A stretch of 64,000 nucleotides of DNA from Octopus sinensis. Taxonomy: Eukaryota. The number at the start of each line of letters is the position of its first letter. The first letter of the stretch is position 1. The stretch spans positions 74,586,001 through 74,650,000 of the forward strand of contig NC_043006.1 in assembly GCF_006345805.1 (NCBI RefSeq), read 5' to 3'. Below the pieces are notes generated by a model. That model saw only the letters and a program-made list of their open reading frames with translations, ran no database searches and was not told where the DNA came from. Shown here one piece after another: positions 40,983 through 54,067 of this stretch. Both the position numbers and the translations under genes were made by a program.

Positions 40983-41195
40983 GACGGCGAGCAGGCAGAA
41001 TCATTAGCACGCCGGGTGAAATGCTTAGCGGCATTCCATCCGTCTTCACGTTCTCAGTTCAAATTCCACCGAAGTCAATTTTGCCTTTCATCCTTTCGGC
41101 GTCGAAAAATTAAGTACCAGTGAAACACTGATGTATTTGTAATCAACTAGTCCTCTCGCCACAAAATTTCAGGCATTGTGCCTATTATAGAAAGG

Positions 41196-41229
<34 letters not shown>

Positions 41230-41240
41230 TATTATTATTA
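40983..41240 (+). mobile_element. SINE family B, full length, tandem to the previous copy
   Basis: Starts directly after the (ATT)n tail of the 40754 copy; long (ATT)n tail. Confidence 0.9.
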
Positions 41241-41745
41241 TACTTCCTACAATTTCTAAAATGTGCTGGATTTTCCTTCAAGGCCTCACCTGACATCATT
41301 TATTGGTTGATATAGGAAACGTTAACAATTTTTTAAGGATATATCCCAGTGCTCTACCATTGCAAGAATAACTTTAATAGTCTGCTGATAACAGTACCTA
41401 CGGACCTATGACTACTGGGATTACGTTTTCAGAAACCCTCCACAATCTTTGCCCTTCTTTTGTGTAGTCTTTTTTTCTTATTATTTCCTGTTCTTTAAGC
41501 GCAGTATTATTATTGGCAGACACAGCCACGTTTATTATGATGCACGTTTTTGACATCTTGTCCAGAACCATAATGTCTCGTTAAATACCTATGGTCAGTT
41601 TGTACAGTAAAGTTCCATAAGATCTTGAACTGATTATTCTCTCCGTTTGCTGCTGTTAACATTTTCTGCTTGCATCAAAATCCTCTTGGCGAAATATGTT
41701 CCAGTGTAATATCTTGACAACACAGTCGTGTTTGCGTTTATATTT
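41241..41745 (-). mobile_element. R4/Dong LINE 3' end with restriction-like endonuclease domain, decayed
   Basis: Conceptual translation KRKHDCVVKILHWNI.../ENNQFKILWNFTVQTDH/DIMVLDKMSKTCIIINVAVSANNNTALKEQE...QRLWRVSENVIPVVIG matches the RHD...LHW...KILWD..QTD...PDI..D..C.IID..KE.EK RLE pattern. Confidence 0.82.
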
Positions 41746-41783
41746 TTATTGTTATTCTCATTGTTATTGTTAATAAGGCAGAA

Positions 41784-42000
41784 GGCGGAGAACTGGCAGA
41801 ATCGTTAGCACGGCGGGCGAAATGCTTAACAGTATTTCGTCTACCACTTCGTTCTGAGTTCGAATTCCGCTGAGATCGACTTTGCTTTTCATCCTTTCGG
41901 GGTCGATAACTTAAGTACCAGTTGAGTATTGGGGTCGATGTAATCGACTATCCTACTCTCCCAAATTTCAGGCCTTGTGCCTATAGTAGAAGGGATTATT
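41784..42000 (+). mobile_element. SINE family B, full length
   Basis: Head to tail match. Confidence 0.9.
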
Positions 42001-42004
42001 AATA

Positions 42005-42240
42005 AGGCAGCTAGCTAGCAGAATCGGCAGCGCACCGGAGGAAATGCTTAGCGGTATTTCATAGGTTCTGATTTCATGTTCCTCCAAGGTCGTCTTTGCC
42101 TTTCGGCGTCGATAAAAGAAGCGCCAATCAAGTACTGAGGTCGATAAAATCGAATAGCACCCTTCCTTCCAACAAATTTCAGGTCTCGTGCTTAGAGTAG
42201 AAAGAGTTATTTTTATTATTACTATTATCATTATTATTAT
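42005..42240 (+). mobile_element. SINE family B, diverged tandem copy
   Basis: GCAGAATCG.CAGC...AAATGCTTAGCGGTATTTC...AAATTTCAGG; degenerate (ATT)n tail. Confidence 0.8.
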
Positions 42241-42506
42241 TCACTTAGATTCAGTTTTATTTATGTAACATCTCAGCGTCATCACTCAGCTTAGAGGCGC
42301 AACACTTTTCTCAACACATGAGCTCTTCCAAGCATTGGTGCCAACTGAATACTTCCTGTGAAGTTTGGTATTTGCAGCTTTTGATACCAGAATATTACTC
42401 CCCTTGAGATGGTCCCAAATGCACCGATCACAATAGGTACCACACTAGCTTTTGAGGCTATAAAGAGTTTTTTCACTTCCAGTCCACGGTCTTGGTACTT
42501 CCAGAC

Positions 42507-42509
<3 letters not shown>
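42241..42509 (-). mobile_element. R4/Dong LINE 3' end, 5'-truncated
   Basis: KVWKYQDRGLEVKKLFIASKASVVPIVIGAFGTIS...IQLAPMLGRAHVLRKVLRL* (stop at 42291); (AAT)n on both sides. Confidence 0.88.
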
Positions 42510-42566
<57 letters not shown>

Positions 42567-42588
42567 GTTATTATTATTGTTATTATTA
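42510..42588. repeat. (ATT)n microsatellite
   Basis: Read directly; encodes the poly-N and poly-L runs of spurious ORFs. Confidence 0.95.
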
Positions 42589-42903
42589 AGGCGGCAAGTT
42601 GTCAGAATCGTTAGCACGCCGGACAAAATTCCTAGCAGCATTTCGACCTTCTTCACGTTCTGAGTTCAAATTCCGCCGGGGTCGACTTTACTTTTCATCA
42701 TTTTGGGGTCGATAAAACAAGTACCAGTTGAACTCTGGGGATGTAGTACGTGATTCGTCCCCTTCCCCAACATTGCTGCCATTGTGGCAAAATTTGAAAC
42801 TACCATTATTACTATTATTATTATTATCACTACTACTACTACTACTACACTACTACTACTATTATTATCATTATTATTATTATTACTATTATTATTATTA
42901 TTT
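42589..42903 (+). mobile_element. SINE family B with (ATT)/(ACT)n tail
   Basis: Head GGCGGCAAGTTGTCAGAATCGTTAGC and body; long tail. Confidence 0.85.
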
Positions 42904-43134
42904 GACGTCTGAATCAAGTAAATCGCAGCTAATTTGCGGTACTAACCATCTTTAAAGTAAAAAGAAAACTCTCACCACCACCTACATATCCTCTCAACAC
43001 TTCCAAGTTTAAAAGAAGACATGTAAAATATCATTTAATCAAAAAATAATTGTTGCAATCGATCGCCTACGAAAATGTCCTGGTGTCCAATGAAACAAGT
43101 CTCCAGCGTCTCGTTGTTGACATCTTTGTCGTCG

Positions 43135-43460
43135 TCATCCTTCTGATCATCATCATCATCATCATCATCATCATTATCATCTTAATCATATCATCGTCAT
43201 CTTCATTATCTATAAAGTTATATCAGCATTACTGCTACGACTACCACGACTATTGTCTCTGTTATCATTTTTGTTATTATTATTATCATTATTATTATTA
43301 TTATTATATTATTATATTATTATTATTATTATTATTATTATTAGGTTTATCGTTGCCATTGTAGTTATTACCTCTGTTGTTACCGTTATAACGATTTCTT
43401 TCAATGTTGTTATTGCTGCTGTTGTTGTTGTTTTATTAATTATTGCTATTATTCTATGTA
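43135..43460. repeat. (ATC)n/(ATT)n/(GTT)n degenerate trinucleotide tract
   Basis: Read directly. Confidence 0.85.
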
Positions 43461-43565
43461 ATAAATTTGCTTTTATTCCGCAATATGTGGAAACATGGTT
43501 CTTCATTTTAATTTTATTTGCTATTTTGGACTCAAAACAGAGTCGTTATATTTTATGGCCGAAAG

Positions 43566-43755
43566 TCGGCAGTCAGACCGAACCGTTAGCACGCCTCACA
43601 AAATGCTTACGTTCTCAATTCAAATATCATCAAAATCGACGTTGACTTTCATCCTTTCGGATCGATAAAATGAGTACCAGCCGAGCACAGAAGCCAATGT
43701 ACTTGACTAACTTCTTACCACAAAATGTCAGTCCTTGTCCATATAATAGAAAAAA
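43566..43755 (+). mobile_element. SINE family B, diverged
   Basis: CCGTTAGCACGCC...AAATGCTT...TTCATCCTTTCGG.TCGATAAA...GTACCAG. Confidence 0.75.
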
Positions 43756-44061
43756 CATAGTTTTAAGACCAAACAAATGGCCATGCTATGACGTTCTTCT
43801 TCCCACAAATGCAAAATTATATAAATCAATAAGGCTCGTATCCATTGAAAATCTCAATGTTCCCGCATGCATAGACCTTCACCTTTTGTCTGTATCCTTG
43901 TTTTCGGCATTTAAACTTATTTGAGTGGTTTCCGTATGAATAAACAACTTAAAATGGATTTAGTAATAAATGAATAACTTCAGTAGAATTTTAATATCAT
44001 ATCGATCGTTTTAAGTGAAAACGAATAAGGAATGATTCATTATAGAATGATTTACTAGAGA

Positions 44062-44239
44062 GGCATAGGAGTGGCTATGTGGTAAGTAGCTTGCTTTGCT
44101 TACTAACCACATGGTTCCGGGTTCAGTCCCATTGCATGGCACCTTGGTCATGTGTCTTCTACTAAAGCCTCGGGCCGACCAAAGCCTTGTGAGTGGATTG
44201 GTAGACGGAAACTGAAAGAAGCCCGTTGTATATATGCAC

Positions 44240-44290
<51 letters not shown>

Positions 44291-44297
44291 ATATATA

Positions 44298-44334
<37 letters not shown>

Positions 44335-44543
44335 TGTGGTTGTCCCGCCAACATCGCTTGACAACCGATGCTGGTGTGTTTACGTCCCCATAACTTAGCG
44401 GTTCGGCAAAAAAAGCCCGATAGAATAAGTACTAAGCTTACAAAGAATAAGTCCTGGGGTCGATTTGCTCGACTAAAGGCGGTACTCTAGCATGGCCGCA
44501 GTCAAATGACTGAAACAAGTAAAAGAGTAAAAGAGTAAAAGAG
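44062..44543 (+). mobile_element. SINE family A, full length
   Basis: Complete head, body, internal (TA)n(TG)n and (AAAAGAGT)n tail. Confidence 0.93.
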
Positions 44544-45109
44544 GAGAGAATATATTAAGTAATTTTTCTATAGCTCTCCTTCAGAACGACAGAGGATTTT
44601 TCAGGATATTTAATAGTTCTCCTTTATAAAGATATCAGTAAAAAAATGTCTCATTGTTACAAGTCAACAATTTTGTACAATGTCACTTTCAAAACGTTCA
44701 GACTTAGATATATTAAAAAAAAAAACGCGCAAATATCACTTTGGCGCATACATATGTAAACAAGCTAGGTTTAATTACATGTTCAGTGTCTGTGTTCAGA
44801 CATAAAAATACGATTAAATATCATGAAGATATAAAGTTTTATTCTCAAATGATCAGGCATGTTTGGAAAATTCGATTATTTACTTTTCTTCATTTAACAT
44901 ACTGACAATGAAATATTTCAACCAGGCACTCTGTATTTGTCATCACCATCCATTTATGAGAAATTATGTCTCATTAATGCGGTTGAATGCAGCAATTTGT
45001 GGGATAATGTACTGAAGCTGTGGATGCATACATACATACATACATACATACATACATGCATATATATATCTTTATTTATTTATTTATGTGTGTGTGTGTG
45101 TCTGTGCGC

Positions 45110-45346
45110 GTGAAGGCGCGTGGCTTAGTGGTTAGGGTGTCAGCATCATGATCGTAAGATTGTGGTTTCGGGCGACGCGTTGTGTTCTTGAGCAAAACAC
45201 TTCATTTCACGTTGCTCCAGTCCACTCAGCTGGCAAAAATGAGTAACGCTGCGATGGACTGGTGTTCCGTGTTGCTGAGGAACACATACACCATTGAAAG
45301 CGGGAAACCGGGCCCATGAGCCTGGCTAGGCTTTAAAAGGGCGCAT
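45110..45346 (+). mobile_element. SINE family C variant (same 5' half, different 3' half)
   Basis: Matches the 34277 copy up to GCAAAAATGAGT, then diverges into an unrelated tail. Confidence 0.8.
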
Positions 45347-45350
45347 ATAT

Positions 45351-45402
<52 letters not shown>

Positions 45403-45421
45403 AATAGATAGATAGATAGAT

Positions 45422-45492
<71 letters not shown>

Positions 45493-45542
45493 CGGTTAGG
45501 TATATAAGTATGTATATATACATGTGCTTACATATATGACGC

Positions 45543-45652
45543 GTAGCGTAGTGGCTAAGGTGTTGTACTCACGATCTGATATATCGAGGGTTCGATTCCC
45601 GGACCAGAAAGCGCGTTGTATTCTTGAGCAAACACTTCATTTTACGTTACTC
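45543..45652 (+). mobile_element. SINE family C 5' fragment
   Basis: GCGTAGTGG...GGTTCGATTCCC...CGCGTTGTATTCTTGAGCAAACAC. Confidence 0.7.
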
Positions 45653-46463
45653 TGTGAGAGAGATAGTAGCAAAATCGTTGGCACATTGACAGAGATGCTT
45701 TACAGTATATCTTCTGGCTCACTACATTCTGAGCTCAAATCCCAATTGTCTGGGTTAGGCCAACGGGAAACTACTCCCGTGTTCATCCTAAGTCTAGTCC
45801 TGGTAGCCAACGTTACAATAATCTACTTAACGTCGACAGGGAATGGCACGAGTCCTCCCAGATCGTATAGAGAGCGCTGGACATGCAGAAAACCTGCTCA
45901 CGGGCAAACCACTATACTAGATTAGTTTATATGTGCATATAATATATATATATACGTATGTATATGCACTTATATATATACGTGTGCATATGCATATATA
46001 TATGTGTGTGTGTATGTGTAGGCATAACATACAAATAGATAAACAGATAGATTACATAATACTATGTAATACTATGAGAAACTGAGCTATAGGGCTATCA
46101 GCATAGCAAAGAAGTCTATATTTATTCAATTTCTCGAGGATGAATAAGCACTGGGGTACAACACTCGTCAACCCTTACCTATCAGTGTTAAACAACATTC
46201 CTGCACTTGTTAAGCTTACGGTAGTAAATAAATTAGGATTCTTAAAAAAATACTCCGGGACATCTGCTGAAAATTAAATGTGAAGATACTTAATAGAGGT
46301 GAATTTACTCGCTGATGTTTAGATATTTCATACAATATTCAGCACACATTAGTGAAATTCAAACACACTCAAATGTGCGCAAACGTACTTACGAACATAC
46401 AGGCGTATATACACATACACACACACATATATATATATATATACATTTATATATATATACATT

Positions 46464-46494
<31 letters not shown>

Positions 46495-46495
46495 T

Positions 46496-46526
<31 letters not shown>

Positions 46527-46545
46527 TATATTATATATATATATA

Positions 46546-47398
46546 CACGAGGTGGTACCCAAAAAGAACCGGAATTTTGCAATGTTATCTTGTCACATCT
46601 TACATATTTATACACTTTTTCGCCTTCAACTATTCTCCATTTGAAGCAATGCATCGATCCCGATGCATTTTCCAATGTTCCAAGCAGTGCAGAAACTCAT
46701 GCGAAGTGATGTCTTTCAACGCCTCCGCCGTTTTTTTCTTCACCTCTTCAACATCCTCAAATTCGTCACCAGTGATAATCTTCGGAAAAAAAGGTCCGGA
46801 TCAACTAGCTACTGTTCTTTCACGCATTTACTCGTGACTGCTTTTGATCCTCCGTGAAGAAGAGTTTTGCAGCAATTCTTCGCTCAAAATTCGTTGGCAG
46901 GAACTCCAGGACGCACCAATTATATCAACAAGTTCCTCAATTGTTCAGTAATGATCCTTGAAGACCAGTTCATGAATTTTCATGATGTTTTCATTCGTTC
47001 GGGAGGTCGACGGTCGCCCTGAACGAGGTTGGTCTTCAAGCAACAAGTGACCATTCCTAAAACGTGGAAAGCACTCGTAAACCTGTATTTTGCTCATGCA
47101 GCGTCCTTGTAAGCTGCCTGATGCATGACAACTGTTTCTGCCGCTGTTTTTCCCAACAGAAAACAAAATTTCGCGGAAACACGTTATTCTTTCGTTTCAG
47201 GCATCTCAAAAATCGACGAAGAAGGGAAAAACACTGCAAAACAAAGACACATCACGTTGAAATACGACTTCAGCTGATGACTCCAATCGGCAGACTGGTG
47301 CTTGAGCGTTGCCTCAAGTGGTTTCTAGCGGCGGAAGCTCGAACTACAACGAGCTTGTCCCACAAAGAACGTTTCCAGTTACTTTTAAGCACCCCTCG
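46546..47398 (-). mobile_element. Decayed, internally deleted mariner transposon
   Basis: Minus strand: MPETKE*RVSAKFCFLLGKTAAETV...FRNGHLLLEDQPRSGRPSTS (HTH region), then KIITGDE (first catalytic Asp) joined directly to FEDVEEVKKKTAEAL...WKMHRDRCIASNGE (C-terminus). Diverged TIR-like ends flanked by TA (46544-46545, 47399-47400). Confidence 0.88.
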
Positions 47399-47494
47399 TA
47401 TATCTATAATCTAACGATGAAAAATTCGTATTAGCTTCAATATGTATACATACATGAAACAACATTACTATAGGCTCACGGCCTGAAAACTTTG

Positions 47495-47658
47495 TTACGT
47501 GGAAGGGAGTAAGTCGATTATATTGACCTCAGTATTTTACTGGTACTTAATTTATCGATACCAAAAGGGTGAAAGGCAAATTCGACCACGGTGGCATTTG
47601 ATCTCAGAATGCTAAGCATTTTGTCCGGCGTGGTAACGACTTTGCCAGCTCACCGCTT
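47495..47658 (-). mobile_element. SINE family B
   Basis: Reverse-complement match to head and body. Confidence 0.8.
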
Positions 47659-48349
47659 TATAAACATGAAATAATAACTCCTATATTTATCTGCAAAGCC
47701 AGTTCCTGGAAAATTCTTTTTCGGTTATAAGATATGTTTAAAGGCAACCCTTTAACATATAGCTCCTATAAAAATCGACCCCGTCGCCCATATATCTACA
47801 TAGATGCTTGAAGGAACTCAAATAAAAGGCAAAAATAAACTGATAATTTCCTACTCTAAATATAACCAAGCAGCAGTAAACTTCCGATATAACGCAACAA
47901 AGCTTTCAACGCAAACCATCAACCCGTGTCACCATCTACGACCGCTACACCAATAGAAAATTAAGTTGCAACAGCTGTGCTTACATATATGCTTGAATGA
48001 ACTCTAACAATAATATAGAAACCAATAACCTCTTGAACCATTCAAATAGCTTCTACATAGATTTAACTGTTAAGCAAGAAAAATTTCTTCGGCATCCCTT
48101 CTGTCTACCGCGATCATATAAATGTTCATTTTCTACCTCTTATCCTCACATCCCTCTTTCCACTCTTTTTCTTTTTTCCTCTAACACTCCTTATTCTACA
48201 TCTTTTTCCCCTAGAAACACTCCATATATCTCAAATACACCAAAAATATACTGTTGTACCACTCATACATTGTTTTTCTCTTCACAAGACGAATACCAAA
48301 CAAGTATATATAAAACTTGGAGAACCAAAGTAACAGAAAATCTTTCTAG

Positions 48350-48755
48350 GCGCAGGAGTGGCTGTGTGGTAAGTAGCTTGTTTACCAACCACATGGTTCC
48401 GGGTTTAGTCCCACTGCGTGGCACCTTGGGCAAGTGTCTTCTACTATAGCCTCGTGCCGACCAAGCCTTGTGAGTGGATTTGGTAGACGGAAACTGAAGA
48501 AGCCCGTCGTATATATGTATATATATATATATAGCGTGTGTGGGTGTTGTGTATCTGTGTTGTCCCCCTAGCATTGCTTGAAAACGATGCTGGTGTATTT
48601 ATGTCCCCGTTACTTAGCGGTTCGGCAAAAGAGACGGATAGAATAAGTACTGGGCTTACAAAAGAATAAGTCCCGGGGTCGAGTTGCTCGATTAAAGGCG
48701 GTGCTCCAGCATGGCCGCAGTCAAATGACTGAAACAAGTAAAAGAGTAAAAGAGT
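48350..48755 (+). mobile_element. SINE family A, full length, 27-bp TSD
   Basis: AACCAAAGTAACAGAAAA(T/C)CTTTCTAG at 48323-48349 and 48756-48782 (1 mismatch); (AAAAGAGT)n tail. Confidence 0.95.
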
Positions 48756-48783
48756 AACCAAAGTAACAGAAAACCTTTCTAGT

Positions 48784-49058
48784 GTTTCTATCAGCCTGCT
48801 CATGAAATTAACGTGCAAATGACTGACCCTCTACAGACACGCGAACACTTAATGTAGTTCTCAAGAAGATTTAGCGTGACGTTGAATGCGACGAAGGCCG
48901 GCCTTTTGAATTAAAGGCACAACTAATTTTTGCCAGCTGAGTGGACTGGAGGAGCGTGAAATAGAGTGTCTTGCTCAAGGATACAACGCGTTTCCAGGAA
49001 TCGAACTCACGACTTTACGATCGTGAGCTGATTACCCTAACCACTAACCCACGCGCCG
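48784..49058 (-). mobile_element. SINE family C
   Basis: Reverse-complement match to the 34277 copy. Confidence 0.85.
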
Positions 49059-49093
49059 CCACTATATAAGTGTGTGTGTGTGTGTGTATGTAT

Positions 49094-49153
<60 letters not shown>

Positions 49154-49499
49154 GTATGTATACATACATTACATAACATACACACTCAGGTACATTTACT
49201 ATATATTAGAAAAGAGGTAATGAAAATTGATTTGTGGAGCGATTAGATAAAAATTGACGTCGCTAGCATTCACGAAGGAGATAAACGCTTGAAAATTCAA
49301 ATATAATCAAATATAATCATAAAATCTTCGACAAGAAACATCTTACCAAGGACAGTTCCTTTTTAACTCTAAAGAAGGGACTCGTATGTCCCGAAATACT
49401 GGATACACATAAGAACAAATATTACCAGGTAACTTACTTTTAGTTTATATTACCTCATATTAAAATCTATTTGTTTAGCCTTTTACAGCTTTCAACAGT

Positions 49500-49675
49500 A
49501 TATATAAATGTATGTATATGTATGCATGTATGCATGTATGTATGTTTGTATGCATGTATGCATGTATGTATGTATGTGTGTGTGTATGTATGTATGTATG
49601 TATGTATGTATGTTTGTATGTATGTTTGTATGTATGTATGTATGTATGTATGTATGTATGTATGTATGTATGTAC
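49500..49675. repeat. (ATGT)n microsatellite
   Basis: Read directly. Confidence 0.95.
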
Positions 49676-50499
49676 GAATTGCTACTGCACAGTATCCGTG
49701 GAAGAAACCTGCTCAATGCGCTGCTCTATGATCAACCTCCGAGTAATGCGATTGCGAAGCTAACTTTAACGAGACAGCTATGCTTTGGAAACCATGCTTG
49801 ATGACTGGCCTTTCAAATCCCTTGACTCATGGGAAAGATTTTTATAGTAGATCTGGAGCAGAGAATTTATCCTACAATTACATAATAAACATAAATCTGC
49901 CTCATTGTCTATTGTGCACGTATACATACAAATACACGCACACACACACACGCACGCACACACACAAACACACACACAGACACATACGCACACATATTCG
50001 CAGTCATGACTATGGTTGAGAATGCCGCTTTCTTACCTTATGGCTCAGATTCAAGCGCAAATGCTTTGTACCATACGTTTCGTAGTTATAAGCTTTGCAA
50101 AGGCTCCTCGTATACGCGTGTGTGCGCGCGACTTGTTTGCCTGTTTCTCTTGCCGCTTGACAATGACTGTTATAGATTGCTTACGCCCTTGCAGCCAGCG
50201 TAGCACAGTTTATCTAAAAGTGTTCGACAGGATCATTAACCAGGCTAAAAGATAAGTATCAGATGGAATTGGTCGAATAATCAGTTAGAAAAAAACACTC
50301 CACTATAGTTGCAGTTCAATGACCGAAACCGGAAACTAAATGAGAAAACGAAGAACAGGTTAATTATTATCATCATTTACCAAAATTAATGATAGGTTTT
50401 AACCATAGAAAAAAGACCAAATACAAACTACATTTATGTCTAAACCTGTTTTTCCCAATGGTGTATTTTTAGCTTGAAATTCGTGAGAAATTTAAGATT

Positions 50500-50617
50500 T
50501 CATCATATATGTATTATATATCTCCATATATTATACACGTACGAATATTTGTGTATATTGAATACATATGTATGTATATACATATGTATGTAGATATTAT
50601 ATAGATATATATATATC

Positions 50618-50665
<48 letters not shown>

Positions 50666-50672
50666 GTGTGTG

Positions 50673-50704
<32 letters not shown>

Positions 50705-50821
50705 TATAATATATAATATATATATATATATTATATATGTATATATGTATATATATATACATATGTATATATATATATATATATCTATTATATAGCTATA
50801 ATACATATATATATAATATAT

Positions 50822-50864
<43 letters not shown>

Positions 50865-50870
50865 ATATAT
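50500..50870. repeat. (TA)n microsatellite
   Basis: Read directly. Confidence 0.95.
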
Positions 50871-52759
50871 CATTAATGGCTTGCGTATGCACACATTCCT
50901 GTACGCAGTTCATCAGGCGATGGAATAAAAAGAAGGAATAAATTTAATTGTTGAAACTTATGGTTTTCAATTTCTCCTCAAGAAAAACTGATATATCTCG
51001 GTAAATCACTGCAAATAGTTATGCGTGCTTGCAAATGCTAATACTAAACTTCGATATTGATCTTTTCTCAAATGGTGATATAGGATTTCCCCATTAAGTT
51101 AATCCCTATTCAAATTCTAATTTAAAACTTCGAAGTAAGAATATGATAGATAAGCGCATGCAATATACATACAAACATGTTATTCTAGAGGTATGTGTTC
51201 GGGCGCGCATGAGTATGGTGTGTGCGAGTGTGTGTGTGTGTGTTGCGTACGTGTGCGTGCGTATGTGTCTGATTGTGTATGTGTGTGTGCGCGTGCGTGT
51301 GCGTGCACGTGTGTGTCTATGTGTATGCGTGTGCAAGTATGTCTGTAATCTACATACACATCTTATACACACGTACATGCTCATATGCATACAGATAAAT
51401 ATTTACATACATATCCGTATATTCACACACACACACCACACACATATATATATATATATATGTATACGTATACATACATATGTATGTATATATGTATAAA
51501 GAGGAAATCAAATTAAATAACAGATATATTAGCGCCAACTCCCATTATATTTTAGTCTAGATTCAAATAAGCGTGGCTGGAAGAATAAATATATAGTTTC
51601 CCTATAATGATAACTAAGAAAAATAATCTATGTATATTTTAAACGTCTTTTTGTTCATTTTTATTTTCCTTTAAATATCATCTACTGAAGAATACAAATT
51701 TGACCATTACGATGTTCTCTTGGTCCATTTGCAAGAACCATTTCTATAGGAATAAGAAAATAAAGACTAAAATCCATTTTTACATCCAATCGCCTTCATT
51801 TCATAAACATGAATAAAACTGTTGGACTTTGTTTAGCCATCTACTGATTATTTCTATATATATATATATATAAATATATATATATATACGGTACTCACTT
51901 ATAGTGTTTTTCCACCACCTATTCCACCTCTCCAGCTCTGTAAAAGAAGACCAATAATTTGTCTTCCTCCGGGGTCGAGGTAGTCAATTATACCGTTAGC
52001 GGCACAATTCCCGCCAATTGTGTCTCTTTCTCTGCGGGTGACACAGCTGACGAGGTTCCGGGACATTCCGGTGCAATGTCACCGACTGCCGGCAGTGTTC
52101 CGTTTTTCTTCCTCTTCCTCATTCTTTCTTCTCAACTGGGGGAGGGTGCATCTCCTCCGTGACCGGGAGATTTGCCTCCCCTCCCTCATCCCTAGGATCC
52201 TTCGATGAGCACCTCCAATACAGTGATTTTTTGCCACGCTTGCGAAAGAAAAATATAGAAAAATGTTCAACACAAAATCCAAAATGTTCCAAATAAAAAG
52301 TTCAAGAGAAACACAAAAAAAGAACAGAAAGACAGAGCAAAGAAAAAGAACGAAGGAAGACAGTTGAATTCACGGCAACACAATCCCGCCACTCAGGTAA
52401 TCCACAAGAATACAGATACTCCAGTTCACCGTCGCAGCACACAAAAATTCCAAATTTTGGTATCGAGACACGCCCACCAAAACAACAATTTTCACAGCTA
52501 AGTGAGTCACTCGGCGTGACCGCAGCAGACAAATGTCTAGGACCCAGTGAGCATTTCTTATTCGAGAAAAAAAAACAATATAAAAAAATTCCCCACCGAA
52601 TCTCTAAAAAGACAGATGCCTACCTTGCAGTCGCGCCTTCAATGGTTTTTCAATTCAAGACGGCTTCCAAGCACGTCTTAACAGTGTTCACTCTCGTAAG
52701 TGACTGACAACTCACGCATGCGTGATAAACAAGCTACTTACCAACAGCCACTCCTGCGT

Positions 52760-52812
<53 letters not shown>

Positions 52813-53000
52813 CATATATATATATTAACAGTTATCACCAAGCTAATATGGCAGTCCATAGATATAGGACGAAAGCTGTCGTGATTAGCTACTAGAGGTC
52901 CATTATATGTATATATATGTGAGTGTGTATACATGCATATATATACATACACAAACATAAATATATGTATATACAAATATATATATATAAGATATATATA

Positions 53001-53222
53001 TAACGGGAAGCTTTATGAAAATAAACAAAAGACGAAGGCAGTTGGAATACAAACAAACAATTGCATTAGTATGGCGCTCAGAATATAAATAAAACAAGTC
53101 TTTTACGTTTCGAGCCTACGCTCTTCAACAGAAAGATACACAGAAAAGAAACACGGAGAGAATAAGAGAAAAAAAAATGCGTGTGCACAGCTAGCGAATC
53201 AACATGGCGATCAACATAGCGA
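53001..53222 (-). mobile_element. Short Penelope-terminal-repeat-like element in (TA)n
   Basis: Near-identical to 15631-15800 over the shared part; flanked by (TA)n. Confidence 0.72.
53099..53136 (-). ncRNA. Minimal hammerhead-like motif (CUGUUGA core, GUA triplet)
   Basis: Minus strand: TCTTT-CTGTTGA-A-GAGC(GTAG)GCTC-GAAA-C-GTA-AAAGA. Stem I TCTTT/AAAGA is perfect over 5 bp; stem II is 4 bp; palindromic ACGT replaces stem III. Confidence 0.5.
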
Positions 53223-53806
53223 TATATATATATTATATATAATATATAATATATATATATATATATATAGATATATATATATATATATATATAATATATC
53301 GTACAAAATCGTGTAGATGAGAATGTGAATACAAATTGCAGTTTGATACCTTAAGTACTCAATGCTTAAAGTGAAATTATATGTACTCAAAGAGAAAGGT
53401 GGAGTACGTCTCGTTTAGACTCTCGTTTCCATTTCGTCGCTGACTGCAATAAACGGAAACGTGAAACTTGAGTAGCTGCTCATTTATCCTTAGGTTTGAC
53501 TACGTTGAATACGTATTATACATCCACACGTACATGCGCACAACACATACGCACAGAAACCACGAACACATACCAAACAAACCCCACCGTTCAGGCGCCC
53601 CATAACTTGCATTATATGCACTTACACGGCATAAATGGATATATAAACAGTACATACATACATCAGCACTCGCAGATGTTACTACCATTAAACATTACGA
53701 ATTCGACATACCCTTTTCCTCTTCTTCATCGCACTTCCTCTTACCATGCTCTTGACGCCACATCATACGAAGGCGATTGTCCGAACAAAAACTTATTTTA
53801 TTTTTT

Positions 53807-53970
53807 GTGGCTGTCTGTGTGGTAAGTAGCTTGCTAACGAATCACATGTTTCCGGGTTCAGTCCCACTGCCTGAAACCTTGGGCAAGTGTCTTCTACTAT
53901 AATCTCGGGCCGACCAAAGCCCTTGTTGGATTTCGTAGACGGAAACTGAAAGAAGCCCGTTGTATATATG

Positions 53971-54025
<55 letters not shown>

Positions 54026-54033
54026 ACACACAC

Positions 54034-54067
<34 letters not shown>

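Noticed and set aside
42291-42656. 121-aa ORF with poly-Asn
   Set aside because: Chance fusion of an antisense SINE-B head, an (AAT)n microsatellite and a Dong C-terminus.
40690-43760. Regularly recurring repeats with spacers (CRISPR-like appearance)
   Set aside because: Units are ~220-bp SINEs with microsatellite tails in a eukaryotic context; no short repeat-spacer periodicity and no cas genes.
47997-48340. ORF start with DLTVKQEKFLRHPFCLP, weakly like a PLE N-terminal motif
   Set aside because: Similarity is too short and no other PLE motif is nearby.
52840-52885. GTCC-N9-GGAC-GAAA-GCT, resembling hammerhead stem II
   Set aside because: No CUGANGA core upstream and no valid cleavage triplet.
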